Assembly: GCA_023213395.1 (NCBI GenBank)
Contig: CM041465.1
Location: forward strand, 41,547,741 to 41,611,740
DNA: 64,000 bases
Direction: 5' to 3'
From: Cycas panzhihuaensis
Lineage: Eukaryota; Plantae; Cycadophyta
Positions 51,305 to 64,000 of the stretch are shown here, piece after piece (within the stretch, counting starts at the first letter, position 1; every line of letters starts with the position of its first letter). The translations under genes were made by a program, and so were the position numbers. The notes beneath the pieces were generated by a model. It was not told where the DNA came from. It ran no database searches and saw only the letters and a list, made by a program, of their open reading frames with translations.

Positions 51305-53605
51305 GAGTTTTCCCCTTTTTATTGGTAAATTAGAGAAAGAGCTTTGGAACCCCATTATCCACTGGATCTAAAGGAAGTTGGTAGGTTGGAAAGGGGCACT
51401 ATTGATCCAAGCTGGTAAATGACAACTGCTGACTGCTTCCCTTCAGAGTATTCCATCATACATGATGTCTTTGTTTAGATGTCCGAAAAAGATTGTTAAT
51501 GTCCTAGAATCTATTCAGAAAAGGTTTTTGTGATTTAGAATGGAGGATAGATATAGGATTCATCTTGTTACCTGGGAGAAAGTATGCCTTCCTAAGAAGG
51601 CAAGTGGTGTCAATGTGAAATATATTTCCTACTTTAACAGACCTTTGGTGGTGAAATTGGGCTGGAGCCTTGTTAAGGGTGAGAATAAATTCTGGGGTAG
51701 GATTATCACTGAGAAATATCTTAGATACATAAGGTATCTAATAGATGATCTCTTTGGGAAAGGAGGCTTTGAGATCTGGAAAAGCCTTAGATGGGTGAGA
51801 AAGATGCTAGCAGTAGGGGTGAAGTAGAGCTTGGGGAATGGAGAGAGAATTAAAATATGGGAGGACATCTGGTGTGGTAGACCCCCATTGAAGGAGAGGC
51901 CTTCCTTAGTAGCTCTCCAAAATATCTATAAGAGGACTTATGGGAGGAAGGTAAAAGACTACTGGGAATCGCAAGATAAAGGGAAAACTTATAGGAGCTT
52001 TGAGGATCTCCTCCCTGAGTATGCAGGTAGAGATCAAATTATATCCTTAAAATTTGAGCTCGTGGAAAACTATATTCCCAAATTCCCAAAGGATGATGTG
52101 ATGGTTTGGCCTAGGGATCCTTTAGGGGACTACTTGGTGAAGATGAGTTATATGGCACTTCTCTCTGATAAAGGTCATAGCAAAAATAAGGTTTTTAGAG
52201 GAGCTTGGAATTTGGGATTAAACCCCAAGATTGTTATCTTTTGGTGGTTGTGCCTTAGAAAAAAAATATTAACAACTAATAACCTAAGAAAAAGAGGCTT
52301 TATTATGGTGAGCAGATACACTTTGTATAGGGAGAAGGAAGAGACCTGAGATCACATTTTACTTTACTACTCATACTTTAGGGAGGTTTGGAAGCTATTG
52401 TGGAAAGCCCTTGGGGTCATTTGGGTCCTTCCTGGTTCAGTGTGGGATCTAGCTTCCTCTTGGATATGCCCTTTTAGAAGTAGAGTTTTGAAGTATGTTT
52501 ATTCTATATCACTTCCAATGATAGTGTGGAATCTCTAGAAAGAAAGAAATAAAAAAAAATTTCAAGATAAGTATATGGATGAGCATAATCTTTTTGGGAT
52601 AATTATAGGGAATGTAAAAGAGACCCTGAAGGTTGAAGAGGAAAATTAGATCAACCACGAGGATAGAAGGATTTTGGAAAAATGGGGGATAAGTGTTAAG
52701 GTCAAACCAAAACCAAGTAGGAGGGATAAATGAAGCCCCCGCCAATTGGGTGGGCAAAAATCAATTTTGATGGTGCCACGAAAGGTAATCCTAGAGAAGC
52801 TTGGTGGGTGATGTGTGTAGGAATTTGGAAGGGAAGGTGATCTAAGCATTTATAAATTACTATGGGCCCCACTCCAACCATCGAGCTAAGTTGGAAGCTA
52901 TGTGCAAAGTAGTGGAATTGATTCCACAGGAGGGCCATGATAGGGTTATTATTGAAGGGGATTCACTAAATATAATTAAGTCAATTAGGGGGTAGGATGA
53001 CCCAGATTAGAGATACAGAACCCGCATAAATGATGTTAAGGAGATGCTCAGGAGAAGAACTAAAGTCCAAATGATCCATACCTATAAAGAGGGCAACGGG
53101 TTTGTTGAATGGTTGGCCAACTAGGGTGTTTAAACCAAAAGATACGAATGTTGGAAATATATGATCCCTAAGGGGATTATGTCTCTCGTGAGGAAGGACA
53201 TAGAAGGGCTTGATAATATATAGGTTTTACCCTAGGTATGTTGGGACAATTACAGCTATCCATCGAGCTTGTCGATGGTATGGGAGGGTATGTAGGTGGG
53301 ATTAGATGTGGATTCCAGCTAGGCCATGGGCTTGTCACAATAGTTTCTTAGGGCCCGAGTGGAAGCTAATGTAAGGGGTAAGGGTCCCCTCCAAAACCCC
53401 CTTAGTTTTGCCCTGGGTCCTAGGGCAGTAATTTCTAGCCATCGGGCATGTCGATGGTATGGGAGGGCATGTAGTTGGTTTTAGACATAGGTTCCAATTA
53501 GTCCATGGGCTTGTCATGGTAGTTTCTTATGGCCTGAGTGGTAGCCGATGTATGGGGTTAAGGCCCCCTCCAAAACCCCCCTTAATTTAAACCTTATCGA
53601 AAAAA
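51305..53605 (+). mobile_element. 5'-truncated L1-clade LINE (ORF2 C-terminus, zf-RVT, RNase H, 3' UTR, A-tail) in the 5' LTR of B
   Basis: FPLFIGK, GWKGALL, SLQSIPSYMMSLF, HLVTWEKVCLPK, GNGERIKIWEDIWCG, PKIVIFWWLCLRKKILTTNNLRKRG, then RNase H KINFDGATKGNP, IIEGDSL, HTYKEGN..EWLAN. Ends CCTTATCGAAAAAA. Confidence 0.92.
53223..53585 (+). repeat. ~180-bp tandem duplication in the LINE 3' UTR
   Basis: Two units, each with TGTCGATGGTATGGGAGGG...CCATGGGCTTGTCA...CCCCTCCAAAACCCCC. Confidence 0.88.
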
Positions 53606-56600
53606 TAAATCATTAAATTGAGTTTACTAAAGAGTAAATAAGCCCAGAATGAGGTGAAATATATTAAGAATAGGCCCAAAGAGTGGTAAACAATGAAATC
53701 GTGAGTGAAATCTCTAAAATAATATAAAAAACAACAAACTTTGAAAGAAGCATGAGGTTAAGTTGATCATAAAGAAAAATATATTTCCATAGTTTACATC
53801 ATTAATGAAATACTAACAATAAAAGCTATATCATCATTCATTACATTTCATTAATCAAAAATCATGTGCTGTTTCAATAAAATAAGGCCCAATCCATCAA
53901 ATACAATCAAAATACATCAATTATCGTCAATAAAACCATATAGCATGCACTGATTCACCAATATAATCCAAATGCAACTAAAGATGCCAAGTTTTGGTGA
54001 AACAACATGTTTGATATACCAGAGATGTAAAGTCTCGATCAATCTAATAGCCCCTAATTGGAGAAATGGGTCCCAACCTAGGGGGCTAACTAATATACAA
54101 GCAACATGTAATCTTAGATGCATACCTAATATGTTGTTTTAATACTGCATGCAAATAGTCAAATAAAAAAGGAGAAGAAATAATACAAACATTCACTTAA
54201 AAGCAGAACTATCTTATGGAAATGTGATATTACTCAATGCAACTACAAATGCACTCCTTTCTATCTTTTCTCTCTTTTTTTTTTTTTTTTCAATATTATT
54301 TAAAAGAAACAAGGGAGAAAAATCAACTAAAGATATCCTAACATACCAAAAGAGAATAGGAAGAGTTTTATTGGTGCATTTATATTTATCCTCATTACTC
54401 TTTCTTTTTATTTTTCTTTTTCTTTTAATAAGTAAGAGTAAAGATAATTTACTCAAGCAAACACTTCATTAAACACAAAAAAAAAAAAGAGTATTCTCCT
54501 TTAAGGATGTAGTTCCTACTTATCTCTTCTTTTCACCCTCTCTTTCAAAGATTTATTAAATAGGAAAGACAAATAAAGAGTAACAAATGTAAAAAAGGGA
54601 CCAACCTAAAAATAGTAAGTTGCAAAAGATATTAGATGATACCTTAATCTCCCAAAGAAGACTTTAATATGAGAAGAATTTATTCTAATTACAATAAGAG
54701 TTGGGATCTAAGTAAAGCAAGATTATATCAAGAACAATTTTCTTGCAACTAACAAAAATCTCAAAACCCTAAAAAGAACTTGAGCTATACTTTGAGGACT
54801 ATAAAGGATCAAAGAGAGAGGGAAAAAATGGGTTAATAATCCTATAGGGAGAGGATTTAGACCACTATAAATTATTTCCTTAAGCCTATTCACTCATCTC
54901 TTAAGTTATCTCCTAGTATAAAGGCCAAGTAGGTAGAGTTCTAATAAGGTTATAAATAGGAACTAAAGAATATAAGGTCTCCCTTAATCTTTCTAAAAGA
55001 ATGTTCCATGCAAAAAGAAGGCTATAAACCAACAAAGAAAATTTATAAGCAAGCAAAATTCTTTAAGAAAAGTCCACCAAATTCCTACTCTAAGTTCTTT
55101 TCTCCTTTTCCTAAAAAAAAAGGACAACTAGAGAAAATAAAAGGAAAATTTACAAATAAGATATCTTACCAAATAGAAATCACTTACTTGAAGAGAAGAG
55201 TAAATCTTTCCTTAAATCAATGTCATCAGTTCTCTAACTATCCAAAATCAGGCCTTCAAGTTGGTTTAAGAGTGACAAAGGAGCAACATTAAGAAAGAAA
55301 GAAGATAAAGCTTGGAGATAGAGGAGAAAAGAAAAGGAGAAGAAAAAATTAGAGAGAAAGGAAGAGTGAAGAGGTATTTATTCAACTTCAAGACTTATTT
55401 TACTCTAATAAAAGCTCCAAAATCTACTTCAAATAGGTTTCCAAATGATCCAAGTAACAATTATACATGTGAATGAGAAAACTGGGAATAGTTCATTACA
55501 TGGGTTGATCTCCTCCCTTCCTATGAATAAATGATGAGATTTTATAGAGAAAGAGTGAAGGGAGGAGGGCCAAAATAGTGGGGAGTTACAGCCATAGTTT
55601 TTCATAATCCAATATCCATATGTCAAGAAAAAACAGCTTATTGTTATTATTCTTTAATTTGCAGAGAGACAAAAAATATGATCAATAATGAAAAACATGA
55701 TCTACAATGAAAAATATGACTAATATAGAGCTTGTAGTTTTAGTTATATGAAATTTATGTTATATGAAGAAGGTTACATTTTTGGGTAACATTAAAAATA
55801 TGACCACCACTAAAAAATATGACCAACAAAAGGAGGCCCAAAAAGTGATCTTCAATAGAAAAAACTCAATTTTTTTTAAAATAAAATATATCACAGAGTA
55901 ATATATTGACATAAGAAGGGGTTGGTTAAGTCATAAAGTCCAGTTTTAAAGACGAAAAATAATATATTAAATTAATAAAGGGTACTAAAAAAAAATTTAT
56001 TGAGGTAGTTAGAGTAAGCTTAAAATTGATAGACACTTTTGTGATCCTTTACATCATTGCTAGCATAAGTCAAACATAGGCATAATCAATATGAATTCAT
56101 TTAGCCGTAATGCTACGTAGTCACTAAATTATAATGCAATCTAACAATGAAACCCTGATAATAAATAAAAAGGGTATGCAACCTAGCCATTATCAGGAGA
56201 GGGTGTGGATAGTTGAAACATACATCATCAATTTTTATTAGTATTAAGTCTTCAAATATCATTAATAAGCCTTAAATATCTTTGCTTTAAACCAAACTTA
56301 CTTTTTCTATCATAAACAACCATTAATATCATTATCATAATTTTAAGAACCTTCAAAAATATTAGAAAATACAAAAACAAATCTTTAAAAAAATCACTTT
56401 TATGAAGTCAAAACCACTTTACTTAAATTTCCCAATTAAACTCTTTATTATTTGATCTCTAAAATATGTCTTATGATCATTCATTTTGACCTTCTTAAAA
56501 TTCTCTTTCCAACACAATTGATGACACTTGAATTAGACACTCTAGCAAAAGGTTATGCTCAAAAAATTGTAAGTTATAAAAAAAACCAATGCTCTTTCGA

Positions 56601-57087
56601 AAAATATGTTTAACCTATTTTTGGTTAGTTGTTGGTCATGTGGTGACATCCATATGACCAATTACTAAGTGTTGGGGGGCTAAGGTATAAAACTTAAATT
56701 TTATTATAATCATATTTAATTTTAATTTATATTTATAAAAGTATTTAAATATGGTTTTATGGAATTTCACATCTACCTCTAAAATGTAGATTTGGAATGA
56801 CTTTAAAAATTAATGAAATTTATTAATACATTTATAATTTTTTTATGCATTTAGTCAAAATTTTCCTATAACTTCCATATATAGTGATTGTTCTTTATGA
56901 ACTAATCTACAAAATTTTATGTCAAACTCCATGTTTATCATATAGGCATATGATTATCATATGGGCATAGGTAATCATCATACGAGCTGCGCACTTCATT
57001 TTAAATGGGTGATCTTCAATGAATAGTCTTTGTAGCCCTACCTACTTGGTGCTTCACATATTTTTAAATCAAGTCTAAGTGTAGATC

Positions 57088-60000
57088 TATTATAAATCAC
57101 CAAATATATAGAATCATTTATGTATACAATATACACAAAAGGAATAAGCATACAGAATATATTTGACATGGAAAACCTTATAATAAAAGTCTACTATAGA
57201 ATTATATTATTATATTATTACAAATTTGTTTAGTTATGATGGACTTTGGATCATTATTTATAGATCCATAAGTGCTTGAAATAATTGCATTTGTACTACA
57301 TATGTCAACCCATAATAACATCATATATTCATACAATATATTACCACATTTACATTAATTAGGTAAGTGGATATAATGCCACTTTAACATCCTCCCTTAA
57401 TGTAAATGTTGAGTCTTGAAGTCTTTCCAGGGGTTGATCTAACTTTTCTCTTTATCCTTGTTTTTAGATTTCCCTTCATAAATAATCTCTCTAAGACCTA
57501 AATTTACATAAATCTTGATGAAGCAATCTTTAGTAAGAGCTTTGGTGAACATGTCTGCAAGTTTCTCTTCACTTAGATAAAACTCAACTTACATCTTCCC
57601 TGATTTGATCTACTCGTGGATGTAATGGTGTTGAATCTTAATGTGCTTCATACATGTATGATTCTTTGGATGTATCTCTAATAGTCCTTGAAACCATATA
57701 GCTCCCTCACATCAATACTCAGTCCATGGTACTCAACCTTTTCCTTGACTAAATTAAGAGGTTGAGCCATATAAATATCCTCTTCAAGTCTCTATTAAGG
57801 AATATTGAATTTATGTTCATTTGATATGACTCCTAACTATATGAAGCTGTCAAAGTAAGGATCAGTTAGACTATTGACATCTTAGAGACTGATGAAAATG
57901 TCTTCTCATAGTTGATTCCTTCTTTTTGTTAAAAATCTTATACAACAATTTTTGCCTACTTGTAAACAACTAGGTTTATTCTTCAAAGATATTTGAACCA
58001 AATCATATGCATCACTCCTCCTCCATTATAGTTCTCTATTGTAAATCTCCTTTCACTAGAATCATTAGTGTTCATCACAAGTTTAACTGGTATGTTAACT
58101 CCTTATTCTCCAACCATCCTCTATATCTTCAACCATCATACTAGAGTCCTTGATGGTCCTCCTAGCCCATAATGGAATGTTGGTTATAGTTCATGCCTCT
58201 TCTTACAATGGCTCCTCATCATTACTCCCACTAGGTCCTACTTTCATCTCAAACATGATGTTAGGCTCATTAACGTTTATATCTATTAAACCATAACTCG
58301 AAAATAGATTAAGTGGAGAATAAAATCTATCTTCATATGACCCCTTATCATGATACATCATTGACTCATCAAATTTGACATCTTGACTAATAACAATTCT
58401 ATTCCTCCTATGAATTGCATAATTTGTAAGATTTATTTTGATCGTAAACCCCATATAAATACATTTTAAACTCTTGTGATCCTACTTCTATGATCTTTAT
58501 CCAAGATGTGTGTAATCTAATATATTCAAATAATTAATAGAAAGTATTTTACTGGTCCAATACTCTGTAAGGGTAATACAATAAATAGCATTAGTAGGTA
58601 ACTTATTAAATAGTTGATATAATAACTTTTGCCCAAAATATAGGAGGTAGATTCTTATCATGCACCATACACCTCCCTGTCTCTATCATGGTACTAATGT
58701 TCTTTACTATAACACCATCTTACTATGGAGTATACAAGATAGTCAACTCTTGTTTAATATCATGATCAAGGTAGAACTAATTTAAGGCATGATGTCATAT
58801 ACCTTTACATTATCACTTTATTTTCAAAATAAGCTCACTATTTTTCCATTCATAAAATTTACATCAGACTAATCTATATATTCACTAATGTTAAACCAAC
58901 TTTTGATAGACTATATAGCTCAACCTACCATTTGTTCAACCACCCAAAGTATAAAGGTTCACTAAAACTAATAACCACTTATATAAACATGCCAATAGAA
59001 TATAATTTTGAATAATTCACTTCACACATTTGATGTAAAAAATATTAAATAAAATACCATTATATAAAATAAATTACCATTTTAAAATAAATGCAATGAT
59101 CAACACTATTTACCCATACATCTCTCATAAAACATGACCTTTTATTAATCAATGAAAAAATACACCAACATTGATATCTTATGTAGCAAATACAACTATA
59201 CATTTTTCCAACAAAATGTGCCTAGATCACTCACTTTGTCATCAAAACAATGATGCCTTATTCATGCCTCATATTATCAATATTTCAAACAAAAAATCCC
59301 TAATACATATCACATAGCCATAAACATCACCACAGTGTGCCCACTTGAATATAATACCTCATCTCATCTAGTGATGTCAAAGGAGGTGTCTTAATATATC
59401 GAAGTCCAATTACAACATGAAATAAAAAGGTCACTTAATATATTAATTTAATCCAAGGCAACTTAAGGCTATCAATAGATCAAGAATAGTGAATATCAAA
59501 ATGGCCACCTAATATATTAATAAAATAATACTTAATATATCAAAGGCCATAATTGATATCAAAATAATGATTTAAAATTAATATAAAAAGCCACCAATCT
59601 TAGTACATAAATACCATTCAAACATAGGGTGAATTTCAACTACTTTAATAAATCAAAATCAAAGTGATGAATAAATATATCATATGGCAATTTCCTTTAT
59701 CAATGGGTAATTCATATGAATATGAAAAATGTAGGTGAAATATATATGTGACTTTATAACATATAATGTAATGCAATAGGCAATAAATATATATATCAAA
59801 GTATATTGAAATGGTGAAAAATATGAAATATTACAGGCAATTAATGGGTGATCAAATATATATTAAAGAATACCTTAAGTTTAGTTACAACATACATAAC
59901 ACTATAAATATTATCCACACTATGTCTTTTCATCTCAATGGCTTAGTTATTCTAGATAAAATGCAAACATTTGATGAGCTCATAAGTGTGTTTCACCCAA

Positions 60001-61401
60001 TCAAAGGTATATATGACTACTTTATCCTCACTTCTCACTTATACATGAGTGCCTACACCTATGATTACTAAATTCCATGAGATTGTAATCATATATAACA
60101 TATCTCAACTTTAGCAAAGTTGCACTTCATCTTCAATTCTAGCATATGGTGTCTACGATTTCATATTCTACTATGTTTCTTTCACATAACTAACTCCTAT
60201 GAGTGTTAATATCAAATGTAAATGGGCATCTCTCCAATATGTTTTCTCATGTGTCTCTAATTGCAAATGTTTCTTCCCAGTAGTAGTGTCTCTCTTACCC
60301 TAGATATCAATAGTTATGAGCTTTGATCTGAAAACTCTCTTATAAATTATCTAACACCAATGGAGGTGGCATCACAACTAACTACTATGTTCTCTTTGTG
60401 CCTATATAATATCAGTATATCCACTACTTGGCAAACCTATAATGACATATGAGTCTCCTTCTATAAAGGCTATGGTTATTTGCTATATCCCTTCTCTTCA
60501 CAAGGACTACAACCATTCATCTTAATACAAGTATATGGATCTAGAAGACACTTCTATAACTATCTACTCCATGTAATGGACACAACTCCTTTGATCTGGG
60601 AAATGGCAACTTCCATAACTCTAGGATAATCTATTACTATAACCATGATCTCAAGTTATGACACTATCACTCCACTAGTGACTATGCTTCTTATTCATTA
60701 TTATAAACTTAGTGGAAATATAGATAAATAGATATGGCACCTTCCACAGATTCATAATGAACATCAATTACTAGCAACTAAGTAACTAGGGGCTATAATT
60801 TAAGAAATAATGGGCACTAGCCTACACTTCATATCCAAACACCTACACAAAATAAAACTACCTCTTACACTCCTCTGCACACCTTTAAATACCAATGAAC
60901 CCCTATAAAAATAAATTAAAAAAGACACTATAAGTCTAAATACGATCATTATACTACCATGGCTATTCTTTTAGTTATCAATGAAGTCAATCCTTAAGGG
61001 TTGAGCTCACACTACCTAGCAACCAATGATCCAAATAATCTAGTTAACATTTACCTACTTATGGGTGATTATGTGCTTTGATACCATATTAGAAATCACT
61101 AAATATATTGAATCATTAATGTACACAATAGACATAAAAGGAATAAGCACATAGGATATATTTGACATGGGGAACCTTGCGGTAAAAACCCACCATAGAA
61201 TTATATTATTATATTGTTACAAATTACTTCAATTACAATAGACTTTGGTTCACTATTTATAGATCCATAAGTGCCTTGAATAATTACCTTTGTATTACAT
61301 CTATTGGCCCATAATAATATCACATTATTACATCATATGTTTACATAACATACCACCACATTTACATTAATCAAGTAAGTGGATATAATTCCACTTTAAC
61401 A
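57088..61401 (-). mobile_element. Element F: internally deleted Ty1/copia
   Basis: LTRs 57088-57389 and 61087-61401; PBS GCTTTGATACCA 61075-61086; PPT complement 57390-57400; degenerate TSD AGATC/AGGTT. RNase H KHIKIQHHY...LADMFTKAL (~57500-57660), partial RT QKEGINYEKTF...EDIYMAQP, INT C-terminal RIVISQDVKFDE (ORF 58203-58454). Confidence 0.88.
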
Positions 61402-61406
61402 AGGTT

Positions 61407-64000
61407 AATTACATCACTTTATTTAATATTTTTTATTTTCTTTTCTATGAGCTCTTTATCTTTTTTATAGTTAGGCATATAATGTCCATAGCAATAGGAT
61501 CACTTAGTATCATGTGGCTTGTGGTGGTGGCACTTTAGGTAATGGAAAATGTAAACTCTACTTCTATTTCTCAAGGAAAAGTTCAATGGGTAATGGCTTG
61601 AAGAAATAACTCAAGGGAGTGATGAATGGATTTAAGAGACCATTAAAAGCTTGACTTCTATTCTATATGCTAAACTAATAGGTATGTAAGAACTATTAAG
61701 TATTATGCTTAAGTTTTCCATATTATGGTTCATACATGGTGTCTCTTAGGGATGTAAATCTCCATCTCATCTTGTTAGATAATTATGATTTTCAACATAT
61801 TCCTTTATATGATCAAAAGGTGATAGTAATCTTTATATGATAATTCTACTAATGAGTAATGTCATCACCCTATTCTTCAAACTAGGTAGTTAGTTTATAC
61901 ATGGTATGACTTTCATCATGTATACAAACTTATAAATGACTATGTGTCATACCTATTAAAAGCCCTTAGTTCATAGCTACCCATTGTTTAATTTATGCCA
62001 TAAAAATAAATGCATTCCCTCTAAACTTTATAAAATATTTTGTCAAACCATTAATCTCATCAAATCAAATCAAGCTACTCAATAATTACTATAAATCAAT
62101 ATCAAATGTATCTTAACTTATTGCCGCTTTTTTTATCTAATAATAAGTATTTATGTGCTTTATGTTTCCATTCAAGCCCTTCTCATCAAACCTTAATATG
62201 CCATCAATTTCTTAGCTAGTAGGAATGACTTGAACATTGCAATAAATAGGTAAGTAAAGGTATGTTTCACATCTCTACATGTTTTATTACTTTTTCATAT
62301 CATAAATTTAGATTATAGACATATGTTTTGCTTGCTTTCTTATTGACTTGGTGAGGCTGGCCATATATTTTCAATTGATAATGTGCACAAATTAGTTCAT
62401 TAGCCATTAATCTACCAATTAAACTCCCTAAGTTTGGAATAGTTACCTTAGTACCATTACATCATCCTATTGATCTCCTTTTGGTTATTGTTCATATTAT
62501 TTTCATCATTATCTCCTTCATTTTGATCTTATTTTCACTCAAGCTTCATCATCTATGTGTTTTTAGATTTATTTCATATATATTTCTCTACATTACCTTG
62601 ATTATTGACAACCTACTTTATCTTTTGGCTGCAATTGTGGTATCGTGAAGTTCTTTGTGGTACCACAAAAAAACTTCTTGGTATAATTGTCACCTACCCA
62701 AATTTGGTTCTATGGTGATAGTTAGCTCATATATTACTCTATGTCAGTCTTTGGGTGGTGCCCATAGACTCCAAATCTCTGCATGTTAGTTTTTGGTAGC
62801 CCAAAAGGCCATGTCACACTAAAAACTCTTCGTTCTATATGGATTTACTCTATTTATTTTCTCCCATATTGTGGTTTGAAAACCACTCTCCTCAAACTCA
62901 CCCTTAGCTACTTATCCCCTTATTTTTCCATTAGAAATAGGAGGTCAAGTTGTCATGAGATGGTACTACTATTATGTTATTAAATTTTTAAGAGATTAGT
63001 TACCTCTTGATTTACCACTCTTTTACTTATATGCTTACTTAGATATTAACCATTTAACATTATTGGAGTACCCCTAAGTGGAGAAAATTTAGCCATTGGC
63101 ATCATCTCAACTTGTTGGGATGAGGTAATCCTACTACAACCTTCTTAGTAAGTTAGTTTTCCAGTGTATTTATGTTTGCTTTCTTATTTAGATAGGCTAT
63201 GTATTCCTTGGTCCATCTTATCTCTTACTTATCTTTCTTTGTCCCTCTTTATTATTTTGTTTGCAGTTTAAAAGGACTTTGTTGTTGGAATAATGCTCAT
63301 TAGGGCTTGTATCATCCTAGGGTTTGGTGGAGTTTTCATGTCAATACCAATAGCTACACCTAGCCAACTTTGTCATTTATTAGTGATAATTATTCTAGCA
63401 TTTATTAACACCAGTTGATGATAGATATTGATCATTTCCTATTCATATCCTACCTATATATTCACGGGGTCCAAAGACCTTAGTGTTCATCAACACCAAT
63501 ATTCTATCAGATTATTGGTTCACATTTTTATACATTCCATCTGCTCTCTCCATCCCTTGATTCTATCATTTATTATTAAAGCACTATTTAAGTACTCTTA
63601 GGTTATAGAAATGTTTGATTAAAGAGCCAAGGATTGGAGAAAGATTATGAGAGGCCCACTCTAAGATATGAAGGAATTATGAAGAATTCATTACTACTCA
63701 AGTTGAATGGTATGCGTATACTTTCTATTGATTTATCACATTGTTAAAATAATTTGTGTCTCTCATATTTATTATATTTTCATCTAGGTTTATAATATCA
63801 TTGTATCCAAGTCATAGAGCTCATATAACATTTGGTTAAAGTTTATTTTATGCATGTGAGTTTACTAGTTTATCTATACTAGGAATTTATCAAAGAACCA
63901 TCGTCTAAGGCATTGCACACCTTACAAGTACACACCAAAGATTGACAAAGTTGTTGGTTCATTTACTAAGAAGCTTACTCAAGCAAATCTATGTCATTTG
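61407..64000. other. Highly decayed, probably TE-derived sequence (possibly a Tat 3' region)
   Basis: Same CpG-depleted composition as the rest. Weak similarity of 63200-63500 to the reverse complement of 20200-20400, and a GTAGTTAGTTTATAC motif at ~61886. Confidence 0.3.

Larger units (their letters stand above)
29160..54004 (-). mobile_element. Element B: Tat-like element lacking RT/RH/INT (gag-PR...aRH), inserted in the 5' LTR of A
   Basis: Perfect TSD ACATG (29155-29159 / 54005-54009), and A's LTR sequence resumes right after it. 3' LTR 29160-30733 (truncated) matches 49274-50857. 5' LTR = 49274-51304 + ~53606-54004. PBS TGGCAACCATACTGGGG at 49251-49267. Confidence 0.9.
12565..56220 (-). 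mobile_element. Element A: TatIII-like Ty3/gypsy (gag-PR-RT-RH-INT...aRH) with ~3-kb LTRs, expanded to ~43.7 kb by nested insertions
   Basis: 3' LTR = 12565-13101 + ~16004-17639. 5' LTR = 28300-29159 + 54010-56220. Both start TGATTCCAT and end GTTGAAACA on the + strand. TSD CACAT (12560-12564) / TACAT (56221-56225). Degenerate PBS at ~28278-28295; internal domains at 19150-28106. Confidence 0.88.

Noticed and set aside
51295-51305. LINE target-site duplication
   Set aside because: The candidate AAAAAAT merges with the A-tail, so no unambiguous TSD can be called.
54214-55626. Several 65-94 aa Lys/Phe-rich ORFs
   Set aside because: Low-complexity LTR sequence of A; the frames are not conserved in the other LTR copies.

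Overview
AT-rich, strongly CpG/CHG-depleted plant intergenic DNA. The TE lineages (TatIII-type, CRM with a type II chromodomain) point to a gymnosperm, which is an inference. There is no intact host gene, RNA gene or CRISPR array. Almost the whole window is one stack of nested, decayed retroelements, and most boundaries can be read from paired LTRs, PBS/PPT and target-site duplications (TSDs). Letters are my own labels. Z is a + strand Tat pol remnant (2212-3990), interrupted by copia-like element E (from ~3991). E carries a Reina-like chromovirus G (5562-12550, TSD AATAA, with a 352-bp TRIM inside its RT) and a TatIII-like element A (12565-56220, TSD CACAT/TACAT). A has copia H in its 3' LTR and a related, RT/RH/INT-less element B (29160-54004, TSD ACATG) in its 5' LTR. 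B has an L1 LINE in its 5' LTR and a CRM element C (30734-42112). The 5' LTR of C holds non-autonomous copia-derived element D (31705-36368, TSD GTATA). Copia F lies at 57088-61401. The most notable signal is that D carries an apparently intronless C-terminal fragment of a host callose synthase (GSL8/GSL10 clade) plus other unidentified cargo between its PBS and gag. Also notable are the stand-alone archaeal-type RNase H ORF in A and B, and an antisense, probably intron-containing extra ORF in B. All family calls are from manual translation and recalled motifs; no database search was run.
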